This document shows, piece by piece, positions 9,619 to 19,711 of a stretch of DNA of 64,000 bases; positions within the stretch are counted from its first letter, which is position 1, and every line of letters begins with the position of its first letter. Position numbers and translations under genes: made by a program. Location: positions 736,001 through 800,000 of the forward strand of contig CAWHXD010000019.1 of assembly GCA_963833225.1 (NCBI GenBank), written 5' to 3'. Source of the stretch: an uncultured Chloroflexia bacterium (lineage in GTDB: Bacteria > Chloroflexota > Limnocylindria > Limnocylindrales > CSP1-4). The notes under the pieces are model-generated. The model searched no databases, was not told where the DNA came from, and saw only the letters and a list, made by a program, of their open reading frames with translations.

Positions 9619-10815
9619 CTACTCGTACCGGAGCGCCGTGATCGGATCCAGGCGCGCGGCCTGGCGCGCGGGCCACACGCCGAAGATCACGCCCACGGCC
9701 AGCGAGAACGCCACCGCCAGCAGGATCGTGGTCAGGCTGATGTTGAGCCCCCAGCCGGCAAGGGCCCCGACCAGCCCGGACGCCGCCACGCCGAACGCGA
9801 TCCCGAGCACGCCGCCGGCCACCGACAGGACCAGGGCCTCGATCAGGAACTGGGCCATGATGTCGCGTCCGCGTGCCCCGATCGCCTTGCGGATCCCGAT
9901 CTCCCGCGTCCGCTCGCGGACCGAGACCAGCATGATGTTCATGATCCCGATGCCACCCACCAGCAGGCTGATCGACGCGATCCCGGCCAGGAGCAGGGAC
10001 AGGAAGCCGGTGATCGTCCCGAACGCGGACAGCAGCTGGGTCTGGTCGATGACGGTGAAGTCGTCCTCCTGACCCGCGACGATCCCGTGACGGACACGCA
10101 GCAGCTCCGTGATCTGGAACTTGACGAGCGGGATCTGGCTCGCACGCTGCGTCGAGACGGAGAGCGACCCGAGCGAGCTGCCGGTCACGAAGTAGTCGCG
10201 CATGGCCGTGAGCGGGATGAGGACCTGGTCGTCGAGGATGCCCTTGGGCTGGAGGATCCCGACCACCCGGAACGGGACCCCGCCGACGTTGATGGTGGAG
10301 CCGACCGTCGACTCCCCGACATGGAGGGCGTCGGCCGTGGCGGAGCCGATCACGGCCACCCGCAGCCCGGCCCGGTACTCGGCCTCGGACACGAACGAGC
10401 CGCGCTGGATCTCGTACGCGCGCACCGGCATGAACGACGGCGTGATCCCGGACACGGTGGTGGTCGTGTTCGAATCCCCGGCCACCACGACGGCCCGCGT
10501 GGACACCTGCGGAGCCACGTCCGCGACCCCCGCGATCCCGCGGATGGCCTCGGCGTCGGCAATGGTGAGGGTCTCGACCGACCCGGCCGCCCCGCGCACG
10601 AACCCGAAGGTGCTCGCGCCGGGGCTGATGCTGAGCAGGTTCGTCCCCAGGCCCTCGATGAGATTCGTGATCCCCGACGTGGCGCCCTGGGCAACCGAGA
10701 CCAGCGCGACGATGGAGCCCACGCCGATGATCACGCCCAGCATGGTCAGCAGGGCCCGCAGGCGGGCGGCGGCGAGCCGCGAGATGGCCAGCGGGACCAG
10801 CTCCGCCCAGTTCAT
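9619..10815 (-). CDS. MacB/FtsX-family ABC permease
   Basis: LTMLGVIIGV, VGGIGIMNIMLVSVRERTREIGIRKAIGA, LRYE end. Confidence 0.92.
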   Translation of the reverse strand: MNWAELVPLAISRLAAARLRALLTMLGVIIGVGSIVALVSVAQGATSGITNLIEGLGTNLLSISPGASTFGFVRGAAGSVETLTIADAEAIRGIAGVADVAPQVSTRAVVVAGDSNTTTTVSGITPSFMPVRAYEIQRGSFVSEAEYRAGLRVAVIGSATADALHVGESTVGSTINVGGVPFRVVGILQPKGILDDQVLIPLTAMRDYFVTGSSLGSLSVSTQRASQIPLVKFQITELLRVRHGIVAGQEDDFTVIDQTQLLSAFGTITGFLSLLLAGIASISLLVGGIGIMNIMLVSVRERTREIGIRKAIGARGRDIMAQFLIEALVLSVAGGVLGIAFGVAASGLVGALAGWGLNISLTTILLAVAFSLAVGVIFGVWPARQAARLDPITALRYE

Positions 10816-11531
10816 GCGGAGACCCTCCCGTCGCGCACGTGGACGCTGCGCCTTGCCGCGACCGCGACGTCGCTGTCGTGGGTGATGAGCACGATCGTGG
10901 TCCCGGCGTCGTTGAGCTCGTGCAGGAGCGCGAGCACGTCCGCACCCGACGCCGAGTCGAGGTTCCCCGTCGGTTCGTCGGCGAGGATGATCGTGGGCTC
11001 GGTCACCAGCGCCCGGGCGATCGCCACGCGCTGCTGCTGGCCGCCGGACAGCTCCGACGGCTCATGGGTCAGGCGGTCCTCGAGCCCCAGGCGGGCCAGG
11101 GAGTCATGGGCCCGCCGCATCCGTTCGGCCCGCCCGACGCCCGCGTACAGGAGCGGCATCGCCACGTTCTCGATGGCGGTCGTTCGTGGCAGCAGGTTGA
11201 ACGACTGGAACACGAACCCGATGGTGCGGTTCCGGACGCGCGCCAGCGCGTCGTCGGAGAGCGTGGCCACGTCGGTCCCCGCCAGCCGGTAGGTGCCCGC
11301 GGTGGGCCGGTCAAGGCACCCGAGCAGGTTCATCAGCGTCGACTTGCCCGATCCGGACGGTCCGACGATCGCGAGGAAGTCCCCGGGCACGACGTCCAGG
11401 TCCACGTCGACGAGCGCCCGGACCTCCAGCCGCCCCGAGCTGTACGTCTTGCCGATGCCACGCATCTCGATGACGGGCGCGGGGCCTTGCGGGATCACCG
11501 CCGGGTCGGGGGCGGTGGGGGATGCGGTCAA
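10812..11531 (-). CDS. MacB/LolD-type ABC ATP-binding protein
   Basis: [26 protein letters not shown]. Confidence 0.92.
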   Translation of the reverse strand: MTASPTAPDPAVIPQGPAPVIEMRGIGKTYSSGRLEVRALVDVDLDVVPGDFLAIVGPSGSGKSTLMNLLGCLDRPTAGTYRLAGTDVATLSDDALARVRNRTIGFVFQSFNLLPRTTAIENVAMPLLYAGVGRAERMRRAHDSLARLGLEDRLTHEPSELSGGQQQRVAIARALVTEPTIILADEPTGNLDSASGADVLALLHELNDAGTTIVLITHDSDVAVAARRSVHVRDGRVSA

Positions 11532-13009
11532 GGCTGGGTGCTCCCGGAGCCCGATCCGGTGCTGGTCCCTCCGCCGCCGGTCCCGGGGCCGGTCGGGAAT
11601 GTCGTGACCAGGTCCTTCGCGGTGGCCGTCCCGGTCACCACCACCGTGCCCGCGTCGATGCCGGACCGGATCTCCGCGAGCGACGCCGTGAGCAGGCCCA
11701 CCTCGACCGGCACGGTTCGCACGCGACCGGGGGCATCGAGCACCTGCACCGTGTAGGCGCCCGGCCCACCGCCGATGGCGGTCACCGGGACCGCCAGCAC
11801 GCCAAGCGCGCTCGCGGTCGTGATGTCCACGTCGGCCGTCATGCTCGGAGCCACGCCCTCGGGCGGGGTCTCGAGCGAGATCACGATGCCGTAGGACACG
11901 ACACCCGAGGCGCTCTTGGTGGCGCCCGCGAGATCCACGGAGTCCACGGTGCCGACCACCTTCAGGTCGAGCGCCGGCAGGGACACCTCCGCCGACTGGC
12001 CAACCCGCACCGAGGGCAGGTTGCTCTCGGTGATCGAGGCCGCCACCTCGACGGCGGTCCCACGAAGCAGCACCACCTGGCCCGAGACCGAGTCACCGGG
12101 TTCGATGGAGACCGATGAGATCACGCCGTCGATCGGCGCGGTCAGGGTCGCCAGGCTGAGCGTCTGTTGTGCGTCCGAGACAGCCGACTCGGCCTGCGCC
12201 ACGGCCGCCCGGTCTGCCGCTACCGCGGCAGCGGTGTCGACGTTGACGGCGCCGTCGTACGCGATCTCGGCCGATTGCACGCCCAGCTTCGCGGCGGCGA
12301 CCTGCCCCGATGCCTGCGTGTTCGCCGATGCGGCCTGGCGCTGTGCCGTGGCCAGCGCCCGCTTCGCCTGCTTGATGGCGGCGGTGTCGGCATCGATGAC
12401 CGACGCCAGCGCGCCGGCCGCGCGATCGTCCTTCCGGCGCTGCCTCGCGTCGGCGAGCGCCGTGGTGGCCTGCGACACGGCGAGCCGCCCCGACGCCTGC
12501 GTCTGGGCCAGCGTCTTCCGAGACTGGCTGAGCTGGCTCTTCGCCTGCTTGATCCCGAGGCGGGCCTTGGCCCTGGCCGTCTTCGTGACGGGCTTCTCGC
12601 TGGTCTTGAGCTTCGCCTCCGCGGCCGCGAGGTTCGCCTGGGCCACGGTGAGCGCGACCTCGGCATCCCCGGTGTCCGCGGTCGCGAGCACGTCGCCCGC
12701 CTTGACCTCCTGGCCGGCCGACACGTTCACGGTGGCGACCACCCACCGCGCAGCCGCCGACGTGCCGGCCGTGGACGCCGCCTTGGGCGAGCGCACCGGC
12801 TCCTGGCCGAACGCGAGCCCGTAGCTGTCCACGGGCTGCACGGACCCGCTGACCGACACGGTGTCACGGACGTCCGCCACGGACGCCGTCGCGGTGAGGT
12901 ACGTGACATCGGGCGTCTGGCCGCCGAGCGAGCCGCCGATGGTCGCGAGACCCACGATGGCAATGCCCACGACCACCACGCCGCCGATGGCGACCGCTCG
13001 CTTGTTCAT
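11528..13009 (-). CDS. efflux periplasmic adaptor (MacA/HlyD-like)
   Basis: N-terminal TM, VKAGDVLA and LTAPIDG lipoyl halves, long coiled coil. Confidence 0.88.
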   Translation of the reverse strand: MNKRAVAIGGVVVVGIAIVGLATIGGSLGGQTPDVTYLTATASVADVRDTVSVSGSVQPVDSYGLAFGQEPVRSPKAASTAGTSAAARWVVATVNVSAGQEVKAGDVLATADTGDAEVALTVAQANLAAAEAKLKTSEKPVTKTARAKARLGIKQAKSQLSQSRKTLAQTQASGRLAVSQATTALADARQRRKDDRAAGALASVIDADTAAIKQAKRALATAQRQAASANTQASGQVAAAKLGVQSAEIAYDGAVNVDTAAAVAADRAAVAQAESAVSDAQQTLSLATLTAPIDGVISSVSIEPGDSVSGQVVLLRGTAVEVAASITESNLPSVRVGQSAEVSLPALDLKVVGTVDSVDLAGATKSASGVVSYGIVISLETPPEGVAPSMTADVDITTASALGVLAVPVTAIGGGPGAYTVQVLDAPGRVRTVPVEVGLLTASLAEIRSGIDAGTVVVTGTATAKDLVTTFPTGPGTGGGGTSTGSGSGSTQP

Positions 13010-13518
13010 GACGCTGCGCTCCTCGATGCCCCGTGGCGCGCCACCGCGGGCGCCGGGGAGGTGATCGGAATGGCGGCCGCCAGGCGCGAGACCCCCCGGT
13101 CGAGAACAGCCAGGAAGCCGCGCACCGCCTCGAGATCCTCGTCATCGAGGACGCTCAGCAGGTCCCGGATCTGGCGGGCGTTGAAGTCCCGGAAGCGGTC
13201 GATCAGCGTTGATCCGGCAGGCGTGAGGCCCACGAACACCCGCCGCCGGTCCGACTCGGCCGCGCGGCGGGCGATCAGCCCGTGCTCCACCAGTCGATCC
13301 ACGATCCCGCTCACGGTCGGCAGCGTCACGCCCAGGCGGGCAACGAGCTCCGACATGTTGAGGTCGCCCGAGGCCAGGAGGTACAGCACCTTTGCCTGGG
13401 GCATCGTGATGTCGATCTCGAGGAACTCCGGCGAGTTCGCGTCCGCCATGCGGGCGAGGAGGATCTCGTATTCGCCAACGACCTTCTCGATGAGACCGGA
13501 GCGCTCCTGTGCGTTGAT
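13006..13518 (-). CDS. MarR-family regulator
   Basis: [23 protein letters not shown] wHTH; first ATG 13449, possible ATC start 13518. Confidence 0.88.
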   Translation of the reverse strand: MNAQERSGLIEKVVGEYEILLARMADANSPEFLEIDITMPQAKVLYLLASGDLNMSELVARLGVTLPTVSGIVDRLVEHGLIARRAAESDRRRVFVGLTPAGSTLIDRFRDFNARQIRDLLSVLDDEDLEAVRGFLAVLDRGVSRLAAAIPITSPAPAVARHGASRSAAS

Positions 13519-13609
13519 GCCGTTCCCCTTTGTGCCGCGTTGACAGTTAGTCTCAACCTAACCATTCGGTCAACACGATACACGTGTCGGGGGAAGGACG
13601 CCGCGACCC

Positions 13610-14116
13610 TCAGTGCCAGAGCTCGATCTGCGGCAGGCCGGCGATCCCGAGCGCCTCGTTGAGCTCGGCGCAGTGGGCGATGTCGTGGGTGAAGACCCGC
13701 TGGATCACGGAGCCACGGCTGCGAACCCAGGAGCCATCCCACTCCGGCTGGCGGATCTCCTCGCCAAGCATCTCCATCGTCCATCGGTCCAGGCACCCTT
13801 CGACGATGCGGAACGTCGAGTCGAGCGCCGCGACGAGGTCTCCGGCTCCCAGCACATGCTCGAGATCCTCGTCCCCGGGACAGCTGTACGCGGCATTGGT
13901 GAAGGGCGTGGTGTCCGCGCCGGGCTCACCCGCGAAGTCGCACAGCCAGAACACGCGCTGGCAGGCGAGGTGGCCCACCGTCGCCCACAACGGCCACCGC
14001 TCGGGCGACGGGCAGATCACCAGCTGCTCGTCGGTCATCGCGGCGACGACCTCGCGCAGGCTCCGGTTGACCTCCGGCCACAGGCTGTAGGCGGGGCGGA
14101 TCGTGGGGTCCGTCAC
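13610..14116 (-). CDS. DinB-family protein
   Basis: GHL...HDIAH motifs; GGAGG RBS before GTG 14116. Confidence 0.8.
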   Translation of the reverse strand: MTDPTIRPAYSLWPEVNRSLREVVAAMTDEQLVICPSPERWPLWATVGHLACQRVFWLCDFAGEPGADTTPFTNAAYSCPGDEDLEHVLGAGDLVAALDSTFRIVEGCLDRWTMEMLGEEIRQPEWDGSWVRSRGSVIQRVFTHDIAHCAELNEALGIAGLPQIELWH

Positions 14117-14129
14117 GTCATCCCTCCGA

Positions 14130-14711
14130 TCAGACGCGGTCCAGGAAGGCGAGCACCCGCCGGGTGAGCAGCGCGGTGGCCTTCGCGTCGTACGAGGGCA
14201 GCGAGCTGTCGGCGAAGTAATGCTGATCGCCCGGATAGAGGAAGAGCTCCGCGTCGTCGACGCTCGCGACGATCTCACGGGCGGCGTCCACGTCGCCCTC
14301 ACCCACGAAGATCGGGTCCGCGTCCATGCCGTGGATCTGGACCGGGACGCCGTCCGGCCAGGGCCCAAAGGCCCATTCGCCGCTGATCGGGATGCAGGAG
14401 TAGAACAGCAGCGCCCCGCGGGCCCCGGGCCGGGTCTGGGCGAGCTTCTGGGCGGCCATCTCGCCCAGCGAGAACCCGGCATACACGAGCCCGGCGGGGA
14501 GGTCGTCGGCGGTGCGGACCCCGCGCTCGAGGATGGCCTCGAACCCGACCTCCTTGGCGTGGGCCAGACCTTCGTCCAGCGTCGCGAAGGTTCGTCCGTC
14601 GTACAGGTCCGGTGTGTGCACCGTATGCCCGGCCGCGCGCAGCTCGTCGGCGAAGCCGCGGACGCCGAGGGTCAGACCCTGGGCGTGGTGGAAGAGCAGG
14701 ACCTCGGCCAT
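14130..14711 (-). CDS. dienelactone hydrolase family protein
   Basis: HHAQGLT, GFSLG nucleophile elbow, YPGDQHYF. Confidence 0.88.
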   Translation of the reverse strand: MAEVLLFHHAQGLTLGVRGFADELRAAGHTVHTPDLYDGRTFATLDEGLAHAKEVGFEAILERGVRTADDLPAGLVYAGFSLGEMAAQKLAQTRPGARGALLFYSCIPISGEWAFGPWPDGVPVQIHGMDADPIFVGEGDVDAAREIVASVDDAELFLYPGDQHYFADSSLPSYDAKATALLTRRVLAFLDRV

Positions 14712-14790
14712 GGGGCGCCTCCGTGTCGGGATCGTCGAGCCTGCTCGAAGCGTACCCCGACCTCACCCGCAACCGCGCCTGCGGCGATCG

Positions 14791-15249
14791 TCAAGAACGG
14801 TTGGCAGGTTGCCCCGCTGACGCGTTCCGACCGAGCCGCCACGCGGCGAGCGAGAAGACGGCTGCCGACAAGGATGCGACCGCAATCGCGAGGTCGCCCG
14901 ACCTTGATCCGTCATCGCCCGCCCGGGTGAACAGGGACGACACAGCGACGGCTGCGAGCAGGGTGCCGAGGGCCACCGAGCCAATTCCCGTGCCCAATGC
15001 CCATGGCCTGCGGAGGACCGCGACTGCCGCCAGAACGCAGGCGACGGCGAGCGGGGCGAAGAAGACGAACCCCGGCACGGCGACCGCAGCACTGGCGACC
15101 GCGATGAGTGCGGCGACGCCCCCGAGGACGAGCCACAGGACCGCCGCCCCGATCGCAGCAACCCCGTCTGCGCGGAGTCCGGGCTCGCTGGTCAAGTGGA
15201 AGTTGCTACCCACAAGTATCAGGATGCGAGCCGCACGCCGCCCCGTCAA
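14791..15249 (-). CDS. hypothetical membrane protein
   Basis: four hydrophobic segments; start uncertain. Confidence 0.5.
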   Translation of the reverse strand: MTGRRAARILILVGSNFHLTSEPGLRADGVAAIGAAVLWLVLGGVAALIAVASAAVAVPGFVFFAPLAVACVLAAVAVLRRPWALGTGIGSVALGTLLAAVAVSSLFTRAGDDGSRSGDLAIAVASLSAAVFSLAAWRLGRNASAGQPANRS

Positions 15250-15353
15250 CTCGAGGGACCTGCCAGCCGGGTATGGCGTGCAGGCGTGATCCCCTGTGTG
15301 TCATCGGCGCTTGGTCGGCCCGGCCTCCGACGCGAGCGGTCGTGCGCCGGACC

Positions 15354-15809
15354 CTACGGTGTCGGGCTCTCGGGGTTCGCCTCCGAGCCCCTCGGGGGCG
15401 CCTGGCCGAGCGCAAGGTAGTAGCGGCCGTCGCTCCAGCTCATCGGAACCCGGATCTCGTAGGTCGAGCCGTCCTCCCCAGCCGCGGTGACCGTGGCCAC
15501 GACGTAGCTGCCCTCGAACTCGTCGAGCCACATCGCTTGGACATCGTGCAGCCTCACGCCGCCATACCGCTCCAGGACCTGCACGATGTCGGCGCTCGCA
15601 TCGACCCTGGGGCTGACCATCGCTCTGATGGCCGCGCCGTCGCGACGCTCGAGCGCCCCGAGGTACTCCGCGACCATCACGTCCCGCGCCGTCTGACTTG
15701 AGGACGAGGGGGACGCCAGCGGCAGGAGCGAGCAGCCCGAAGGGACCGCCATCAGCAGGACGATCACGATGGCTGATCGCATCCGGGACCGTCGTCCAGT
15801 CGTGTCCAT
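15354..15809 (-). CDS. putative lipoprotein
   Basis: MRSAIVIVLLMAVPSGC signal; NTF2-like VAEYLGALERRD pattern. Confidence 0.6.
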   Translation of the reverse strand: MDTTGRRSRMRSAIVIVLLMAVPSGCSLLPLASPSSSSQTARDVMVAEYLGALERRDGAAIRAMVSPRVDASADIVQVLERYGGVRLHDVQAMWLDEFEGSYVVATVTAAGEDGSTYEIRVPMSWSDGRYYLALGQAPPRGSEANPESPTP

Positions 15810-15864
15810 GTGCCGAACGTACCTTGCGATGACTTCCTGCGGCAACCGGACAGGCGGGTGGCGG

Positions 15865-15912
15865 CGGAGCGGTGTGACGCCGGAGCGGTGTGGCGGCGGA
15901 GCGGTGTGGCGC
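15865..15912. repeat. 16-bp tandem repeat x3
   Basis: CGGAGCGGTGTGRCGS at 15865, 15881, 15897. Confidence 0.85.
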
Positions 15913-15949
15913 CGGCCGACCAGACGCCTGTACCGCACACGCCATCCCC

Positions 15950-15977
15950 CAACCGCGCCACCCAGTGCGGGAAGCCT
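15950..15977 (+). repeat. degenerate copy of the 28-bp terminal IR
   Basis: CAACCGCGCCACCCAGTGCGGGAAGCCT, 24/28 to the copy at 16882. Confidence 0.8.
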
Positions 15978-16190
15978 ACGCGGTCTTTCGGCGGATGGCC
16001 TCGTCGTTCGCCTCGAACTGGGCATCAACGGAACTGCGCTCCGACGCAGCAAGCCGGTCCAACGTCGGGCTCGCGGTGGAGAACCGCACCAACTCGCAGC
16101 CTCACGCGCTACACGCGTGAGGCCGCGTCGCACCGCGAAGTTCGTGTCCGTCATGTCCGGCGTGGAGGGGAAGAGTTGGAGGTCGTGGCC

Positions 16191-16820
16191 TTGAGGATGC
16201 CGGCGCTCATGGTTGCGGTCGCGATCGTCGCCGTGCTGGCGGCCGCGACGCCCGCACTCGCAGGTCCATGCCCGAACACGCCTTGCGGTCTCTCTTGGCA
16301 GCAGTTCAATGCGGCGAGCCCCTGGATCGCGCTCGCCCGCTACGAAGGCGTGCATGACGGTCGCGCGCAGTTCGCCGTCATCGACGTCCTCAAGGGACGC
16401 CCCCACCGCTGGGCGTCCTCCAAGGACGACGCCTGGCTGTTCGGGTTCTTCGGTCGTCACCAGCGGATCGGCTCACGATGGCTGCTCGCCGGCGAGCCCC
16501 ACGAGCTCATCTGGACCTTCAAGGTCAGGCCCGACGGAACCGTGGAGAATTCCGAGGAAGGCGAGGGGTTCTTCGACGACTACCCGTACACCCTCGCCGG
16601 GTGGTATCGCGCCCTCGGCGGCTCGCCGCCGGACACAGCGACGATCCCCCAGCAGCCGACCCGAGGAAACGAGACGCCGATTGCGTTCCTCGTCGCGGCC
16701 TCTATTGCGGGGTTCGCGCTCGCCCTTCGCCGACGCCGACCTGGTGGGCTGGCCTCGTCCCCGAGGACCGGCGTCCTCACGCGTATAGCGCAAAGGCTCC
16801 CAGCTCGCCTTGACGAGTGA
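16191..16820 (+). CDS. secreted protein with C-terminal membrane anchor
   Basis: signal peptide ending ALA; PPDTAT + TM + RRRR tail; GGAGG RBS. Confidence 0.7.
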   Translation: MRMPALMVAVAIVAVLAAATPALAGPCPNTPCGLSWQQFNAASPWIALARYEGVHDGRAQFAVIDVLKGRPHRWASSKDDAWLFGFFGRHQRIGSRWLLAGEPHELIWTFKVRPDGTVENSEEGEGFFDDYPYTLAGWYRALGGSPPDTATIPQQPTRGNETPIAFLVAASIAGFALALRRRRPGGLASSPRTGVLTRIAQRLPARLDE

Positions 16821-17105
16821 CCTTCGTTCAGATCCGAGGGATCAGGCAGCGTGTTCTGGTCCTGCCTCACAAGGCATCCTGCAACTGCGCCACCCAGTGT
16901 GTGAAACCTGTTGGTTATGGACCATGCCATCGGCAGGGCAGCATCGGCAGGACGTCTGGCACCTTGACCGTGAGGCGATCCCGCCGGACGATCGCATCAG
17001 GGACAAGGAGACGAGAAGCTTGGTGATCGCTGCGGAGTCAGGCCCTCAGCGGGGGCGCGCCGGGCGAGCCGTGGCCTGCGGGCCTCGCCCGAGTCTCGAC
17101 GCACC

Positions 17106-17603
17106 GTGAACATGAACATGCTCACGGTGTTCCTCACGTTCTTCGCCGTGGCCGGTCCGCCGGTCGTTGAGGCGATGCGCGCCAGACGACGGCTCGATGA
17201 CGCCCTCGTCGCTCGCGGGTCCCTGCCGCGTCACCCGGGGCGTGGGCTCCCGCCGGGAATGTCGATGTTGGAGGCACTTCGCCTGTTCGTCGTAACCTGG
17301 GGCCGTCAAGACACGATCCGCGTGGACTTGGCGATCGAGGACTTCGAGCGCAGCAAGCAGGCCGCGAAGCTGGGTCACGATCTGCCAGAGGGCCGGGCGG
17401 CAGGGAGATGGACGATCGCAGCGTTGCTGCTCTGGCTTCTCGGTCTGCCGCTTGTCTTGATGCTCCTGCCGACGGCGGACCGCGTCGTGAGCGTTGTTGT
17501 CCCCGCATTCGCCGTCATCCGGGTCCCGCTCGTCATCGCCGGCTGCTGGGCCGTCTGGCACGCGATCCGCGTGGCACGCTCGGCCGCGTCAGGCGGCTCC
17601 TGA
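17106..17603 (+). CDS. hypothetical membrane protein (passenger gene)
   Basis: 165 aa, three hydrophobic segments, inside the IRs. Confidence 0.6.
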   Translation: MNMNMLTVFLTFFAVAGPPVVEAMRARRRLDDALVARGSLPRHPGRGLPPGMSMLEALRLFVVTWGRQDTIRVDLAIEDFERSKQAAKLGHDLPEGRAAGRWTIAALLLWLLGLPLVLMLLPTADRVVSVVVPAFAVIRVPLVIAGCWAVWHAIRVARSAASGGS

Positions 17604-17619
17604 GACCAATGGCTCCCCC

Positions 17620-19473
17620 AAAGAACGGCAGGTCGAGCTCGTCGTCGGGCGCGATGACCGCCACCTTCGGGATCGTCTTCGGCCGCATCTTCTTGCAGTC
17701 GGGGCAGGCCGGCGTCCCGAACGGCACCTTGACCCGGGCGCGGGGCGACATGCGGTAGGGCTTGTGGCGCGGGTCGGCGCATGACCAGGTAACGGTCTTC
17801 GCGTAGGTCGCCTTGATTGTGAGCGGCGTCCGGGGCAGGTTCGCGTCGGCGTCCCACTCGGGGACGAGGTCAGGCCGGACGCCGGCGACACTCTCGGCGG
17901 CGGTCGTCCGCGCCGTCGAGCACCGCTCGCAGCGCGTCCGGCGCTTCGTGCGCTGACCAACCTCGGCCCTCCACTCGTGCTGGCAGCGGTGGCACAGCCA
18001 GCGAGCGTCGTAGTCGGAGCCGGCGGTGACGACGGCGATGTCGCGCTCGTTGCGCTCGAAGTCCCAGTCGCGGGCGATCTCGGGGTAGTCGGTGAGCATG
18101 GTGCCCGCGACGTCGGCCGAGATCGTGCGCTGGCCCGGCTTGAACCGGAACGTGAGCGGCGGGAAGCCCAGCCGCCGGCGCTCCTCGTTGTCCTCGACGA
18201 TCCGCCGCCAGACCGACTTCACCTTCGCGCCCGCGAGGTAGGCCGGCCGCGCCTCCTGGTCCCGGTCGCGCGCCGCGAGCAGCAGCCGCGACAGCGATCG
18301 GAGCTCGGTGGGATCGTCCTCGCCGGCTTCCCAGTCGGGATTCACGAACGCTGGACCGACCTCGCGGAGGTGTTCCTTGATGATCGCCGCGAACTCGGCC
18401 TCGCCAGCCTGGCCCGAAACTCCGAGGCGCGCATGAGGTTCAGGACCATCTGCAAGCGGCGGGCGTTGCGGAACCGGAACCGCCGGCGGTCGGTCAGCTT
18501 GGTGTCGATGAAGTCGAGCAGGCCCTCGGCCGGGCTGTTGTTCCGGGGATGGTCCTTGAACCCGGGCACGCGCAGCGCGATCTGCGCCCGGACGCGGTCG
18601 GTGTTCGCGCCCATCCACTCGATGATGTTCCCGCAGTCGTGCTCGTCGGCGAACGTGAGCAGCGCCTCCCAGTCGTCCTCGGAGAGGAACGCCCGCCCGA
18701 GCAGCGGCTTGATCTCCTCGTTCTCGGCCGGCCAGCCGTCCTTCGCAGCCCAGGCTTCGAGCGCGCGTTTCAAGTGGAACTCGCAGGCCACGAACGTGGC
18801 GTTCGGCCAGCGGAGCATCGCCGCCTGCTTGATCGCCTTCGCGCCGTCCGCGACGACCCACTCGACATCGCCCGGCAGCTCGCCGAGGAAGTCCGACCAG
18901 GACTCGCGCGTCTCATCGGGCGAGAGGTGCAGCCCCCACGCCCGGAGCGGCCGCTTGGGGTCGTCGCCGCCGACTGCCGCGAGCACTGCACCGGCGCGCT
19001 TGTTGGGGTCCCAGCGCTCGCCGTGATCCACCGCGTCGTAGGGGAACAGATGCAGCGGCAGCGAATCGAGGACCAGGATCTTGGGCCAGCGCTTGGGGCC
19101 GAGCTTCTCGTCGATGAGCTCGCCGAACAGGTCGATGTAGCGACCCGAGAGCCCGAAGGCGCGGCTGGCGTAGCGGAACCCGTGCTCGTCGGTCTCGTAG
19201 CGCTGGGCGTCGTAGCGGACCTTCTGGGCCGCCTTGCGGCCGGAGTCGCCCGACCCGATCAACGCGAGGACCTTGCCCATCTCGTTCGCGCTCGTGTCGA
19301 AGCCGACCGGCGTGAGCGGTCCCTGTGCCACGCCCGGCACCACGTCGCAGGCCGAGCAGGCCACGCCCAACGGGTGGCCGCTGCACGCCGGCCGTCGCGG
19401 CTCGGAGAACGTGTGCGGCTTGATCGCCGGGTCGTCCGGGACGCACTGGAACCGGGGCCGGCGGAAGGGCCGG
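17620..19473 (-). pseudogene. Mutator/IS256-superfamily DDE transposase, main part, with two zinc-ribbon (DUF4379-like) domains
   Basis: LVLDS, VVADG, CEFH, NNSPAEG; after a frameshift near 18415: YPEIARDWD..WLCHRCQHEW..RCERC and PDLVPEWD..WSC..CPDC; 3' end approximate. Confidence 0.8.
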
Positions 19474-19711
19474 GGTCAAGTCCCAGCACGTGGTGTCACA
19501 CCTCGCGCCTGATCAACTTGCCATGAGCAACGGCTGGCTCGCCTCCTCGGTCGTGGTGACGGCATCGATGGCCGCCATGGTCTCGGGCCGGAAGTAGCGC
19601 CGGCCGTCCTGCCACTCGTCGTCCTGCTCGGCGAGGATCATGCCGACGAGGCGCAGCACGGACGCCCGATTGGGGAAGATCCCGACGACCCCGGTCCGGC
19701 GCTTGAAGCTC

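Noticed and set aside
13610-14482. Apparent long fusions in the ORF track (also 34810-36291, 62110-63282)
   Set aside because: The N-terminal extensions overlap neighbouring genes in other frames; internal RBS-supported starts fit better.
13610-17603. Integron-like cassette array of small genes
   Set aside because: No repeated attC-like sites between the genes and no tyrosine integrase in the window.
18400-18430. Programmed -1 frameshift in the Mutator-like transposase
   Set aside because: No canonical slippery heptamer, and the window has many apparent indel errors; cannot be fully excluded.
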